A DNA stretch of 64,000 nucleotides, taken from Phyllobates terribilis (taxonomy: Eukaryota). Under the pieces are notes generated by a model that saw nothing but the letters and a program-made list of their open reading frames with translations, was not told the DNA's origin and did no database searches. Shown here one piece after another: positions 53,501 through 64,000 of the stretch (position 1 is its first letter; the number at the start of each line of letters is the position of its first letter). Both the position numbers and the translations under genes were made by a program. The stretch spans positions 380,370,001-380,434,000 of the forward strand of contig NW_027362769.1 in NCBI RefSeq assembly GCF_046119375.1, in the 5' to 3' direction.

Positions 53501-56500
53501 TGGTATATTTATATTTTAATTTGTATTTCTCAATAAATTCTATCTAAATGTACATTTTCTTTTGGAGTTTGTTGTTCATGGAATAGCAGACAAACCCCTG
53601 AATATAGGCCCTTGCGAATCTTTTAGAGCAAAAAATAATTTAAGACCCTGTCTTATTTTTGGAGAAACACGGCAGAGACTCATTTTACTTTGTTCGCTGC
53701 CTCCACCCTTTGCAGACTGAGAAAGGATATAGGCTCTGCACGGTTTCCAGGAACGTGGACACCAGATCGCCGATATTACGCTCGTACTCCTTTATGATTT
53801 CCTGCAGGAAGCAAAATGGACAAGTTATCACCGGCCCCAAGCATCGCTGCTGTAGCTGAACGAATCTCATTTTCCTCCTATTGTTCCTCATGTATGAGCC
53901 ATTTCCACAGTGTTTCCGTCCCCACTGCGAACGCTGATTATACAGGTGAAGCCGGTACGGGGACGTCTTATTGACAAGATGGAATGGTATCATCCAGTTA
54001 TTTCCCGGAGGAACAACAGAGGAACCAAAATAGTTATGTTACATAAGCGGATACATCTTTTTTTACCTCGAGCTGATCCACCAGTTGTAGCTCCAGATGT
54101 AACAGTGCGTCCATCAGCTGGGCCACATCCTGACTGTACTGCAAGGATTTAGCATCCAGAATCTGCTGCTCTGTGATCTGGGATAGTTGATATAGCAGCT
54201 GCCAAAAAAAAACAAAAAAAAAATGGGTGTAAGACCGTACGTAATACAGCACAGACAGATCTGCTACAATTATCACTTTATGACGCAACAGAACAACCCG
54301 AGCTGCAGCACAGAACTACATCAGTGGCGGCCGAATCCAGGGCCGGCTCCAGGTTTTTCTGGGCCCCGGGCGAAAGAGTCTCAGTGGGCCCCTTTAACAC
54401 ATACCACGATTCATGATGCAGAGATACGGCGGAGAAATATATATATATATATAGTACAATGCAAAGATTTCACTTCTTCCATTACATGAGCAATATCTAT
54501 TGTAAATACTGGCCCCCATATAAGGCTCCATACGTAATACTGGCCCCCATATAAGGCTCCATACGGAATACTGGCCCCCATATAAGGCTCCATACGGAAT
54601 ACTGGCCCCCATATAAGGCTCCATACGGAATACTGGCCCCCATATAAGGCTCCATAAGGAATACTGGCCCCCATATAAGGACCCCATACGGAATACTGGC
54701 CCCCATATAAGGCTCCATACGGAATACTGGCCCCCATATAAGGCTCCATACGGAATACTGGCCCCCATATAAGGCTCCATACGGAATACTGGCCCCCATA
54801 TAAGGCTCCATACGGAATACTGGCCCCCATATAACGCTCCATACAGGATACTGGTCCCCTTATAAAGCTCCATACAGGATACTGGCCCCCATATAACGCT
54901 CCATACAGGATACTGGTCCCCTTATAAAACTCCATACAGGATACTGGCCCCCATATAACGCTCCATACAGGATACCGGTCCCCTTATAACGCTCCATACA
55001 GGATACTGGCCCCTATATAATGCTGCATGCAGGCTGTTACCCCCCACATAATGCCCCATACAGGCCCCCCCCCCCCTTTTAAAGCTCCATGCAGGCTGTT
55101 ACCCCCCCACATAATGCCCTATACAGGCTGCCCCCCCCTTATAATGCTCCATGCAGGCTGTTCCCCCCCACATAATGCACTATGCAGGCTGCCCCCCCCC
55201 TTTATAATGCCCCATGCAGGCTGTTCCCCACCTTATAATGCTCCATGCAGGATGTCACCCCCCCCTCTTTATAATGCCCCATGCAGGATGTCACCCCCCC
55301 TCTTTATAATGCCCCATGCAGGATGTCACCCCCCCCTCTTTATAATGCCCCATGCAGGATGTCCCCCCCCTTCTCTTTATACTGCCCCATGCCTCCATAC
55401 ATTAAAAAAAAAAATCAAATACTCACCTCCCTTCTCCTCACCTGCTACCTGCTGCCCGCTGCTCGGGTCCGAACTCCAGCGTTGTCGGCGTCTTCCCGCT
55501 CAGCGCTCCCTGTGACGGCTCAGGGGAGGGCGCGGTGTAAAGACGTCACCGCGCCCTCTGACCTGAGACGTCACAGGGAGCACAGAGCAGGAAGACAGCT
55601 GATCTGCGGAGGCACGGGGAGAGGTAAGTATCCAGCTGCCGGGGCCCTGAGCAAGCGGCGGAGAAGGGCGGGCGCTGACACCGCTCTCCTCCGCCCATAG
55701 CCCAGCGGGGTGCGCGACCGCCAGTGGGCCCCTCTGCCTGCTCAGGGCCCCGGCATTTGCCCGGGTGCGCCGGCTGCTGACGCCGGCCCTGGCCGAATCG
55801 TTCCGTAAAAGTAGGACAGGAAGAAAAAAAATGGGTGTAAGACCGTACATAATACAGAGCAGACCGATCTGCTACAATTATCACTTTATAACGCAACAGA
55901 ACAACCTGATGTACAGCACAGAACTACATCGGGAGCCGTTAAATCGTGCCATAAAAGTAGGACAGGAAGAAAAAAAATGGGTGTAAGACCGTACATAATA
56001 CAGAGCAGACCGATCTGCTACAATTAACACTTTATAGCGCAACAGAACAACCCGAGCTACAGCACAGAACTACATCGGGGGTGGTTGAAGCATGCCGTAA
56101 AAGTAGGAGAGGAAGATAAAAATGGGTTTAAGACCGTACATAATACAGCGCATACGAATTTGCTACAATTATCACTTTATGATGCAACAGAACAACCCGA
56201 GCTACAGCACAGAACTACATCGGGAAGCTGTTGAATCATGCCGTAAAAGTAAGGCAGGAAGAAAAAAATGGGTTTAAGACCGTACATAATACAGCGCAGA
56301 CGGATCTGCTACAATTATCACTTTATGATACAACAGAACAACCCGAGCTACAGCACAGAACTGCATCGGGGGCGGTTGAATCGTGCCGTAAAAGTAGGAG
56401 AGGAAGATAAAAATGGGTGTAAGACTGTACATAATACAGCGTGGATGGATCTGCTACAATTATCACTTTATAGCGCAACAGAACAACCCGAGCTACAGCA

Positions 56501-59500
56501 CAGAACTACATCGGGGACAGTTGAATTGTGCCGTAAAAGTAGGAGAGGAAGAAAAAAATGGGTGCAACTTTAGCAAACCCTCAGCCATGACAAGGTTTAG
56601 GTATGTGTTGGGTTTCAGGTCTGCACACGCTGACAGCAAGCAGAGGTCTTGAAAACAGTGAGGAATTGCAATAGTAAGTTGCAGAACTCTTCATTATTAT
56701 GAGCCCGATGGACGGTGACTTCTTCCGCACCTCGTTATTTTTCGACTCTAATTCTTGGATTTTCTTGGCTCCGGCCTCCTGGTTTTCCGTCACGGCTTCT
56801 TGGAGACATTCGTTGAATACCGCCATCTCTGCTTCTCTCTTCTCGTGGTGCTTGAGACCATAGTCGAATATATCCTGGCAGATTTCAGTACACTTTGTCC
56901 TGTAGGTGAGGGGCAGGTTAAGGAATTGCACTTGCAGAACGGATGGCACTGATACCACGGGGTAAGAGGTGAGAAGTCAGGCGCTGAAAACTATTCGGGA
57001 TCAAGTTAAGAATTACTGTACCGCCATATGGTGCCAGAATAATACGCAGTATTGCAATGGTCACTGTCTTGCCACACAACTTGATCTAATGTGATAAATG
57101 ATGTGATAAATAGACGATCCGTAAATCCCTTTATCTACAAATGTCTCATCTCCGGAAAAATCCCTCTAAAGTAGCAACACAAGGTGTCTCCCTCCTGTAT
57201 AACCTGCTGTCAAGTGCAATACTTCTGAGTGGGGGCAGGGCTTTGTCTCTACAGGAAATGGGGGTGAGGCATTGTCTCTGTACAGGAAGTTAGGGCAGGG
57301 CTTCGTCACTCTACAGTGAAGTGACTTAGGGCCCCGTCACACTAAGCGATGCAGCAGCGATCCCGACAACGATACGACCTGTCAGGGATCGTTGCTGCAT
57401 CGCTAATACATCGCTGGTGAGCTGTCAAACAGGCAGGCTCACCAGCGATCAGGGGAGCAGCGATATCGTGGAAAGAATCGTTCCACGATGTCCTGCTCCC
57501 GTTACCAGCCTGCTGCAAGCAGGAGCAGGCTGGTAACTATGGTAAACATCGGGTTACTAAGTGCGCGTGTGCCCCTAGTAACCCGCTGTTTACCATGGAT
57601 ACCACTCTGCTACGGTGCGCGGGAGCCTCCGTGCACCGTAGCAGAGTGGTATCCATGGTAAACAGCGGGTTACTAAGTGCGCGCGTGCCCCTAGTAACCT
57701 GATGTTTACCATAGTTACCAGCCAGATCGTTGGTCCCGCTGGTCACACACAGCGATGTGTGCTGGCCAGCGGGAGGCCAACGACCAAAAAATGGTCCAGG
57801 ACACTTTGCAACGATCAGCGACCTCACAGCAGGGGCCTGATCGTTGCAAAGTGTCACACACAGCGACATCGCTGGTGAGGTCGCTGCTTTCGTCACCAAA
57901 ACCGTGACTCAGCAGCGATATCGCTAGCGATATCGCTATGTGAGACGGGGGCTTTAGTCTCTACCCAAAGTGGGGGTCTTTGTCTATACAGGATGTGGGG
58001 GACGATCTTTGATTCGCTATAGGAACTGGAGGCGGGTCTTTGTTTCTCTATAGGAACTGGAGGCGGGTCTTTGTTTCTCTATAGGAACTGGAGGCGGGTC
58101 TTTGTTTCTCTATAGGAAGTGGAGGCGGGTCTTTGTTTCTCTATAGGAAGTGGAGGAGGGTCTTTGTTTCTCTATAGGAAGTGGAGGCGGGTCTTTGTTT
58201 CTCTATAGGAAGTGGAGGCGGGTCTTTGATTCTCTATAGGAAGTGGAGGCGGGTCTTTTTTTCTCTATAGGAAGTGGAGGAGGGTCTTTGCTTCTCTACA
58301 GGAAGTGGAGGAGGGTCTTTGCTTCTCTACAGGAAGTGAGGGACGATCTTTGATTCGCTATAGGAACTGGAGGCTGGTCTTTGTTTCTCTATAGGAAGTG
58401 GAGACGGGTCTTTGTTTCTCTATAGGAAGTGGAGGCGGGTCTTTGGTTCTCTATAGGAAGTGGAGGCGGGTCTTTGTTTCTCTATAGAAAGTGGAGGCGG
58501 GTCTTTGTTTCTCTATCGGAAGTGGAGGCTGGTCTTTGTTTCTCTATAGGAAGTGGAGGCGGGTCTTTGGTTCTATATAGGAAGTGGAGGCGGGTCTTTG
58601 ATTCTCTATAGAAAGTGGAGGCGGGCCTTTGATTCTCTATAGGAAGTGGAGGCTGGTCTTTGTTTCTCTACAGGAAGTGGAGGAGGGTCTTTGTTTCTCT
58701 ATAGGAAGTGGAGGCGGGTCTTTGTTTCTCTATAGGAAGTGGAGGCGGGTCTTTGTTTCTCTATAGAAAGTGGAGGCGGGTCTTTGTTTCTCTATAGAAA
58801 GTGGAGGCGAGTCTTTGTTTCTCTATAGGAAGTGGAGGCGGGTCTTTGTTTCTCTATAGAAAGTGGAGGCGGGTCTTTGTTTCTCTATAGAAAGTGGAGG
58901 CGGGTCTTTGTTTCTCTATAGAAAGTGGAGGCGGGTCTTTGTTTCTCTATAGAAAGTGGAGGCGGGTCTTTGTTTCTCTATAGAAAGTGGAGGCGGGTCT
59001 TTGTTTCTCTATAGGAAGTGGAGGAGGGTCTTTGTTTCTCTATAGGAAGTGGAGGCGGGTCTTTGTTTCTCTATAGAAAGTGGAGGAGGGTCTTTGTTTC
59101 TCTATAGAAAGTGGAGGCGGGTCTTTGTTTCTCTATAGAAAGTGGAGGCGGGTATTTGTTTCTCTATAGGAAGTGGAGGCGGGTCTTTGTTTCTCTATAG
59201 GAAGTGGAGGCGGGTCTTTGTTTCTCTATAGGAAGTGGAGGCGGGTCTTTGTTTCTCTATAGGAAGTGGAGGCGGGTCTTTGATTCTCTATAGGAAGTGG
59301 AGGCGGGTCTTTGTTTCTCTATAGGAAGTGGAGGCGGGTCTTTGATTCTCTATAGTAAGTGGAGGCGGGTCTTTGATTCTCTATAGTAAGTGGAGGCGGG
59401 TCTTTGATTCTCTATAGGAAGTGGAGGCGGGTCTTTGTTTCTCTATAGGAAGTGGAGGCGGGTCTTTGTTTCTCTATAGGAAGTGGAGGAGGGTCTTTGC

Positions 59501-62500
59501 TTCTCTACAGGAAGTGGAGGAGGGTCTTTGTTTCTCTACAGGAAGTGGGGGACGATCTTTGATTCGCTATAGGAACTGGAGGCTGGTCTTTGTTTCTCTA
59601 TAGGAAGTGGAGGCGGGTCTTTGTTTCTCTATAGGAAGTGGAGGCGGGTCTTTGGTTCTCTATAGGAAGTGGAGGCGGGTCTTTGGTTCTATATAGGAAG
59701 TGGAGGCGAGTCTTTTATTCTCTATAGGAAGTGGAGGCGGGTCTTTGATTCTCTATAGGAAGTGGAGGCGGGTCTTTGTTTCTCTATAGGAAGTGGAGGA
59801 GGGTCTTTGCTTCTCTACAGGAAGTGGAGGAGGGTCTTTGTTTCTCTATAGGAAGTGGAGGCGGGTCTTTGTTTCTCTATAGAAAGTGGAGGCGGGTCTT
59901 TGTTTCTCTATAGAAAGTGGAGGCGGGTCTTTGTTTCTCTATAGAAAGTGGAGGCGGGTCTTTGTTTCTCTATAGAAAGTGGAGGCGGGTCTTTGTTTCT
60001 CTATAGGAAGTGGAGGCAGGTTTTTGTCTCTCTACAGGAAGTGGGTTTTTGTTTCTGTACAGGACATTAGGGTGGGGCTCCGTCGCTGTGCAGGAAGTGA
60101 GGGCAGGACTTCGCCTCTACCCAAAGTGGGGGTCTTTGTTTCTACAGGAAGTGGAGAAGGATCTTTGTTTCTCTACAGGAAGTGGAGACGGTTCGTTGTT
60201 TCTCTACAGGGAGTGGAGGCGGGTCTTTGATTCTCTATAGGAAGTGGAGGCGGGTCTTCGATTCTCTATAGGAAGTGGAGGCGGGGTTTTGTCTCTCTAC
60301 AGGAAGTGTGTCTTTGTCTCTGTAGAGGAAGTTAGGGTGGGGCTTCGTCGCTGTACAGGAAGTGAGGGCAGGACTTCGTCTCTACCCAAAGTGAGGGTCT
60401 TTGTTTCTACAGGAAGTGTTGACGGATCTTTGTTTCTCTACAGGAAGTGAAGGCGGGTCTTTGTTTCGCTACAGGAAGTGGAGGCCATTTTTTTTCTCTA
60501 CAGGAAGTGGGGGCAGGTCTTTGTCTCTATAGTAAGTGGTGACGCGTCTTTGTCTACAGGAAGTGGGGGCAGGTATTTTTCTCTACAGGAAGTGGGGGCA
60601 GGTCTTTGTCTCTATAGTAAGTTGTGAGGAGTCTTTGTCTACAGGAAGTGGGGGCAGGTATTTTTCTCTACAGGAAGTGGGGGCAGGTCTTTGTCTCTAT
60701 AGTAAGTGGTGACGAGTCTTTGTCTACAGGAAGTGGTGATGAGTCTGTCTACAGAAAGTGGGGGCAGGTATTTTTCTCTATAGGAAGTGGGGGCAGGTCT
60801 TTGTCTCTATAGTAAGTGGTGACGAGTCTTTGTCTACAGGAAGTGGAGGCGGGTCTTTGTCTCTCTACAGGAAGTCGGTCTTTGTCTCTCTGATCTACTG
60901 TCTGTCAAATCGCCTACAAACATAACAGAGAAACGACTTTCATCTTAGCGTAGGCAAGCCATTGGACAATGGTAGAAGTAATGCATACTGGGAAGTGAAG
61001 GAAAGGAAGTTTCCGCACCTACAGTGCTGGCAGAATGCAGATGAATAGACACCACCCACTGGAGAAAAGAAAAAGGCAAGTTATAGAGCATGAGAATTGG
61101 GACAGTTCCTGAACATATTAAACTGGTCTGCACAGTCTTTCTACAGGTTTTCTGTGGAAAGTCAGGTGTTCGTTCAATAATGTTCCCTGGATGAGCCCAC
61201 ATAATACCGCCATATTCACTGCTGTACAAGATGCATAATAAAAGGATATGATTCCACAAGTTCAGCTACAGCGGGAAGAGTTGACAGCCGGGTTCCTTCT
61301 ACGTCCTCTGCGTACATCCCCTCAAACAGGTAGGGGCCATTCAGATACTCCACATAGGCGGCCTGAACAAACATGTATCAGTCAGAGCAGCTTGTACCTG
61401 TTCACACTTGTTTCTTTTTGGTATTAGGTGCTGGTCAGTTTTTGTATTTTAGTAATTTAACAAAAAAGTGAATTTAGTAAGATTGTGACATGACTGGGGG
61501 TCTGCACGGGATGGGTACTATGGTATCATGAGTGATGAAGGGGCTGGACAGGGTAACACCAAGCCCCTTCCACAATCAGGTTTATTATTTGGGGAGTACC
61601 TTGTGAGCATCCAGCTCTCGCTGACGCTTCTCCTCTTCCTCTTGCTTCACCCTCTCCAGGGTCTCGTTCTGATTCAGCTCCTCGATAGAATACTGGTACT
61701 TCACATTAGCAATGTCCCTCTATGGTACAAAATGGAGGCCTTAAAGGGGTCATCCAGTACTTATATGTTATGTTAGGTCATCAATATCAGATTGGTGAGG
61801 ATGCAACACTTGGTTCCCTCCCTGGCCGATCATATGAGATCAGTTGCGGAGCCACACAGCACAGATCCATGAACTGTGTATATATATCAAAAACCATAGC
61901 AAATCAAGATATGGTAGACCCTCATGTATGCAAGCCAAAGACAATATACAGTATGTAATAGTCTATTATGACTACGACACCCTATAATGTCATATAAGAA
62001 AAAAGATGAACAGCACAGATTGACCTAAATAAAGGTGTTAATAAGACATATGTAGATATGCTGCTGACACAAAAAATAGAGCATTGGTGCCGTCATACAA
62101 TAAGTATGGCAAAAGCTACTGACAAGATGAAACATCAGTAGAAGGTCAGAAAATGGTATAACTGACCCAGAAGGTGAGCCATGAGCTATACCTGGGGGGT
62201 AAGCAAGCAACCAAGAGCCCCACACGTATCGCCACTACACGAGCAGCTTCATCAGGAGAGGCGATCGCTTGCTATGGATTTTGATATATATTGAAGCATT
62301 CATGTTTTAAGTGTTTTTAATATATTGTGGTGTTGTCTACATGGTCTTTGTCCAATAAATATTGATTTTTTATCCCTGTCTAGGCATACAGTGTTTCTTC
62401 TTTTTTGTTGATTATTACTCACAAACTGTATGTGGCGGGTTGAACCTTTTGCATTATAATAGTGGTGCCCTAATCAATTTGTTATTATCAACTGTGTAGT

Positions 62501-63789
62501 GGCTGCAGCGGGGTGCTGCAGATCCACTCCTATACATAAGAGTAGGGGCAGATGTGTAGTACTCGTCCGCGACCACTATAAGGTTGACGGATCTGTTCTT
62601 TGCAGCTCCACAACTGATCTCATCCGACCAGCAGGGGGGGAACCAAGTGTTGCATCCTCACCAATTTGATATTGATGGCCTATCCAAATAAAAGACCATT
62701 ATACATACTATGTTCTCGTCTACGAGTCGGAAGTCCAGGTACACCAGGTCTGGCAGATGAGCAGCCAGGAATAACTTGTAATGTTCATCTTCTGACAGTG
62801 GATTTCCTGACAGGTTCAGGGTCCTCAGCTGCTTGAATCTGCGGAGGTAGATGAGCTGGAGGCGAGGAAATAACACGGTGTTATGTAAAGATGTCAGGAG
62901 TTTTCTATTTCACTCATAACATCATTTATACATACAGAGGGTAAAAGGGGCTGCACGGGCTGCTTTCTTCTTAAACAGCACCACCCCTGTCCACAGGTTG
63001 TGTCAGGTACTGCAGCTCAGCTACAATCACTTCAGTACAGCTAAGCTGCAATATCGGACACAAAACATGGACAGGTGCGGTGCCGTTTTGTAAAGCTGGA
63101 TTCAGATATCTGTGTGTAATGGTCCACAATGAAAGGACTGGCGACTCCTGACCTGGACTTGAAAGCCTTACACTGCATCTGTTCTGTGCATCGCGGTTCG
63201 TACTCGGACCATGACATACGGACATCTGAATTTGGCCTTACAACGCAGCCATATTGTTCTGGCACTGAAAACCCCCTTTAAGATTAAAAGAAGTTAAATT
63301 GATCCATAATTAATTAATGGACTTTCTAGGGGGTTAAGCAAGATGCACATGATAGGTGGCTAATGTATAATCCTTGGGGTCTAACTGCTGAGACCCCAAT
63401 AATCATAAAGTCTCCTATGTGAATGGATAGTTCACGTGACCACTGCTCCAATCACTGCCTATCGGAGCGGTGGTCGCACATGCTCACTATGGCTCCATTC
63501 ACACAAGGGACTTTGGGGGCCATCAGACTTCAGCGATCCTACATCTATCTATACATTTGGGGGTAGGTAATAAATGATCGCAGTGTATACCCCACCCCTC
63601 CGGACCCTACGTCCTGCCTTACATTTTCCAGTGAGGTCAGGCTGTTGTTCCCCATGGACAGGACCTGTAGATTCTTCTGACTGTCCATGTTCTCCAGGGC
63701 CGAGATGCGGTTGTTGTACAGACTGAGATCCTGCAGCTTGGTGAGAGCACTCAGGCCTTCGATCACCTCGATGTTGTTGAAAGACAGGT
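41592..63789 (-). CDS. DRC3: Dynein regulatory complex subunit 3 (LRRC48), 3' portion, 10 coding exons in window
   Basis: Exons (minus): 63623-63789, 62709-62855, 61600-61719, 61250-61362, 56731-56905, 54067-54198, 53731-53801, 51252-51375, 51021-51152, 41592-41702. LRRs ([30 protein letters not shown]) are followed by a coiled-coil region ([45 protein letters not shown]). The start codon is outside the window. Confidence 0.93.
41733..45010. repeat. 47-bp minisatellite (about 70 units), DRC3 last intron
   Basis: Unit GCAGGGAGCGATCACAGAACCATGAATTACCTGTGAGTGTGACTACT with recurring variants. Confidence 0.97.
46363..47738 (+). pseudogene. DIRS ORF1 (gag-like; C-terminal part resembles the LAP2alpha-type domain)
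   Basis: CxxC-x12-CxxC at 46508-46567, an acidic linker, then ORFs 46748..47011 and 47037..47738 ([35 protein letters not shown]...[12 protein letters not shown]). Broken by stops and frameshifts. The domain name is from recall. Confidence 0.75.
47740..49614 (+). pseudogene. DIRS ORF2: reverse transcriptase, RNase H and methyltransferase-like domain
   Basis: [26 protein letters not shown] and YLND (YLDD mutated); RNase [25 protein letters not shown]; TAG at 49153-49155; then VDLFARRQN...YTFPPIPLL...LIAPLWP. Confidence 0.88.
48426..50630 (+). pseudogene. DIRS ORF3: tyrosine recombinase, split by one nonsense codon
   Basis: ORFs 48426..49874 and 49890..50630 are in the same frame, separated by TGA 49872-49874. 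Catalytic-type motifs ARRVGE, HSTRA and FTKHY. Confidence 0.9.
51376..53730 (-). other. U12-type AT-AC intron in DRC3
   Basis: 5' end ATATCCTTTC; 3' end TTGCCCTGAC...CCCATAC. Splicing joins CT|A (Leu) in frame: QSL/MAQIRD. Confidence 0.88.
52200..53000. repeat. AT-rich interspersed repeat (unclassified), related to 35810-36560 and 2400-2590
   Basis: Shared motifs seen by eye. Boundaries are approximate. Confidence 0.55.
54202..56565. repeat. 145-146-bp tandem satellite (about 6 units) interrupted by a hAT MITE
   Basis: CC(G/A)TAAAAGTA anchors at 55803, 55949, 56095, 56241, 56386 and 56531; one further partial unit at 54202-54337. Confidence 0.92.
54338..55791. mobile_element. Non-autonomous hAT-type element (1454 bp) carrying internal minisatellites
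   Basis: Perfect 10-bp TIRs CAGGGCCGGC and GCCGGCCCTG; 8-bp TSD GCCGAATC (54330-54337 and 55792-55799); internal 31-bp array (about 54505-55020) and about 33-bp array (about 55020-55400). Confidence 0.9.
57329..57953. mobile_element. PIF/Harbinger-type palindromic MITE (625 bp)
   Basis: Imperfect TIRs GGGCCCCGTCACAC and GTGAGACGGGGGCT; TTA on both flanks; extensive internal inverted repeats. Inserted into the edge of the 31-bp array. Confidence 0.8.
57957..60890. repeat. 31-bp minisatellite (about 90-95 units)
   Basis: Unit AGGAAGTGGAGGCGGGTCTTTGTTTCTCTAT. Diverged units occur at both ends and at 57225-57325. Confidence 0.97.
61741..62690. mobile_element. TIR-type non-autonomous element or pair of inverted MITE arms occupying a DRC3 intron
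   Basis: 61774-61868 and 62589-62682 are reverse complements with several mismatches. The left end begins TTAAAGGGG. Confidence 0.6.
62215..62262 (-). ncRNA. Degenerate minimal hammerhead-ribozyme-like motif (Penelope-like relic)
   Basis: Minus strand reads CTCTC-CTGATGA-A-GCTGC-TCGTGTA-GTGGC-GATA-CGTGT-GGGG: intact CUGAUGA box and stem II, but GAAA is changed to GAUA. Confidence 0.4.
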
Positions 63790-64000
63790 CTGTAAGATGT
63801 CAAAAGACTTGGGCATGTGAGAATGAAGGACGTGCAGCCACTCAGGTGTACAGAGAACTACAGCCGCCATATTGGGGAGAATAGGACAAGCGGCAGTTCC
63901 CTGCACAGTCAGCAGTGCCACCGTGCAGGAACAAATGAATGCAGAGTGCAGAGTTACACCAGAAAGGCATTTTTCAGGATCTGCAAGTTTCTCAGAAGTA

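Larger units (their letters stand above)
56906..61249 (-). other. U12-type AT-AC intron in DRC3
   Basis: 5' end ATATCCTTTT; consensus branch point TTCCTTAAC (56917-56925); ends CCTCAC. Splicing joins TC|C (Ser) in frame: ELVES/YRTKC. Confidence 0.93.

Noticed and set aside
54394-54935. 159-174 aa ORFs with a 31-aa period ([31 protein letters not shown])
   Set aside because: A stop-free 31-bp unit read through three frames inside a non-autonomous hAT element; no splice or expression evidence.
58429-60812. ORFs such as [24 protein letters not shown]
   Set aside because: Translations of the 31-bp minisatellite.

Overview
Eukaryotic vertebrate genomic DNA. The intron/exon genes and the repeat families point to a frog, probably a neobatrachian (inference, no database search). 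The window holds four protein-coding genes in the same order and orientation as human 17p11.2: DRG2 (-, complete, 13 exons, 364 aa), GID4 (-, complete, 6 exons, 213 aa), ATPAF2 (+, complete, 8 coding exons, 286 aa) and DRC3/LRRC48 (-, last 10 coding exons; the 5' part runs off the window end). I assembled all exons by hand from splice sites, and phases and lengths add up to open frames. The introns are packed with mobile DNA: three Tc1/mariner elements (one with an intact DD34E transposase), two near-full-length L2-clade LINEs of one family, a full-length but decayed DIRS1-type retrotransposon, hAT and PIF/Harbinger-type MITEs, and many tandem arrays. The most notable observations are (1) a virus-like 2A/StopGo motif (GDISPNPG-P) at the ORF2 N-terminus of both L2 copies, (2) three U12-type minor introns (two AT-AC in DRC3, one GT-AG in DRG2), (3) a DIRS element with a candidate spliceosomal intron in ORF1 and a methyltransferase-like domain, (4) a filled/empty Tc1 insertion-site pair inside the window, and (5) a degenerate hammerhead-ribozyme-like motif in a DRC3 intron. 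There is no prokaryotic system, CRISPR array, tRNA or rRNA. I cannot claim a wholly new system: the leading candidates have precedents in other taxa and need the checks listed.
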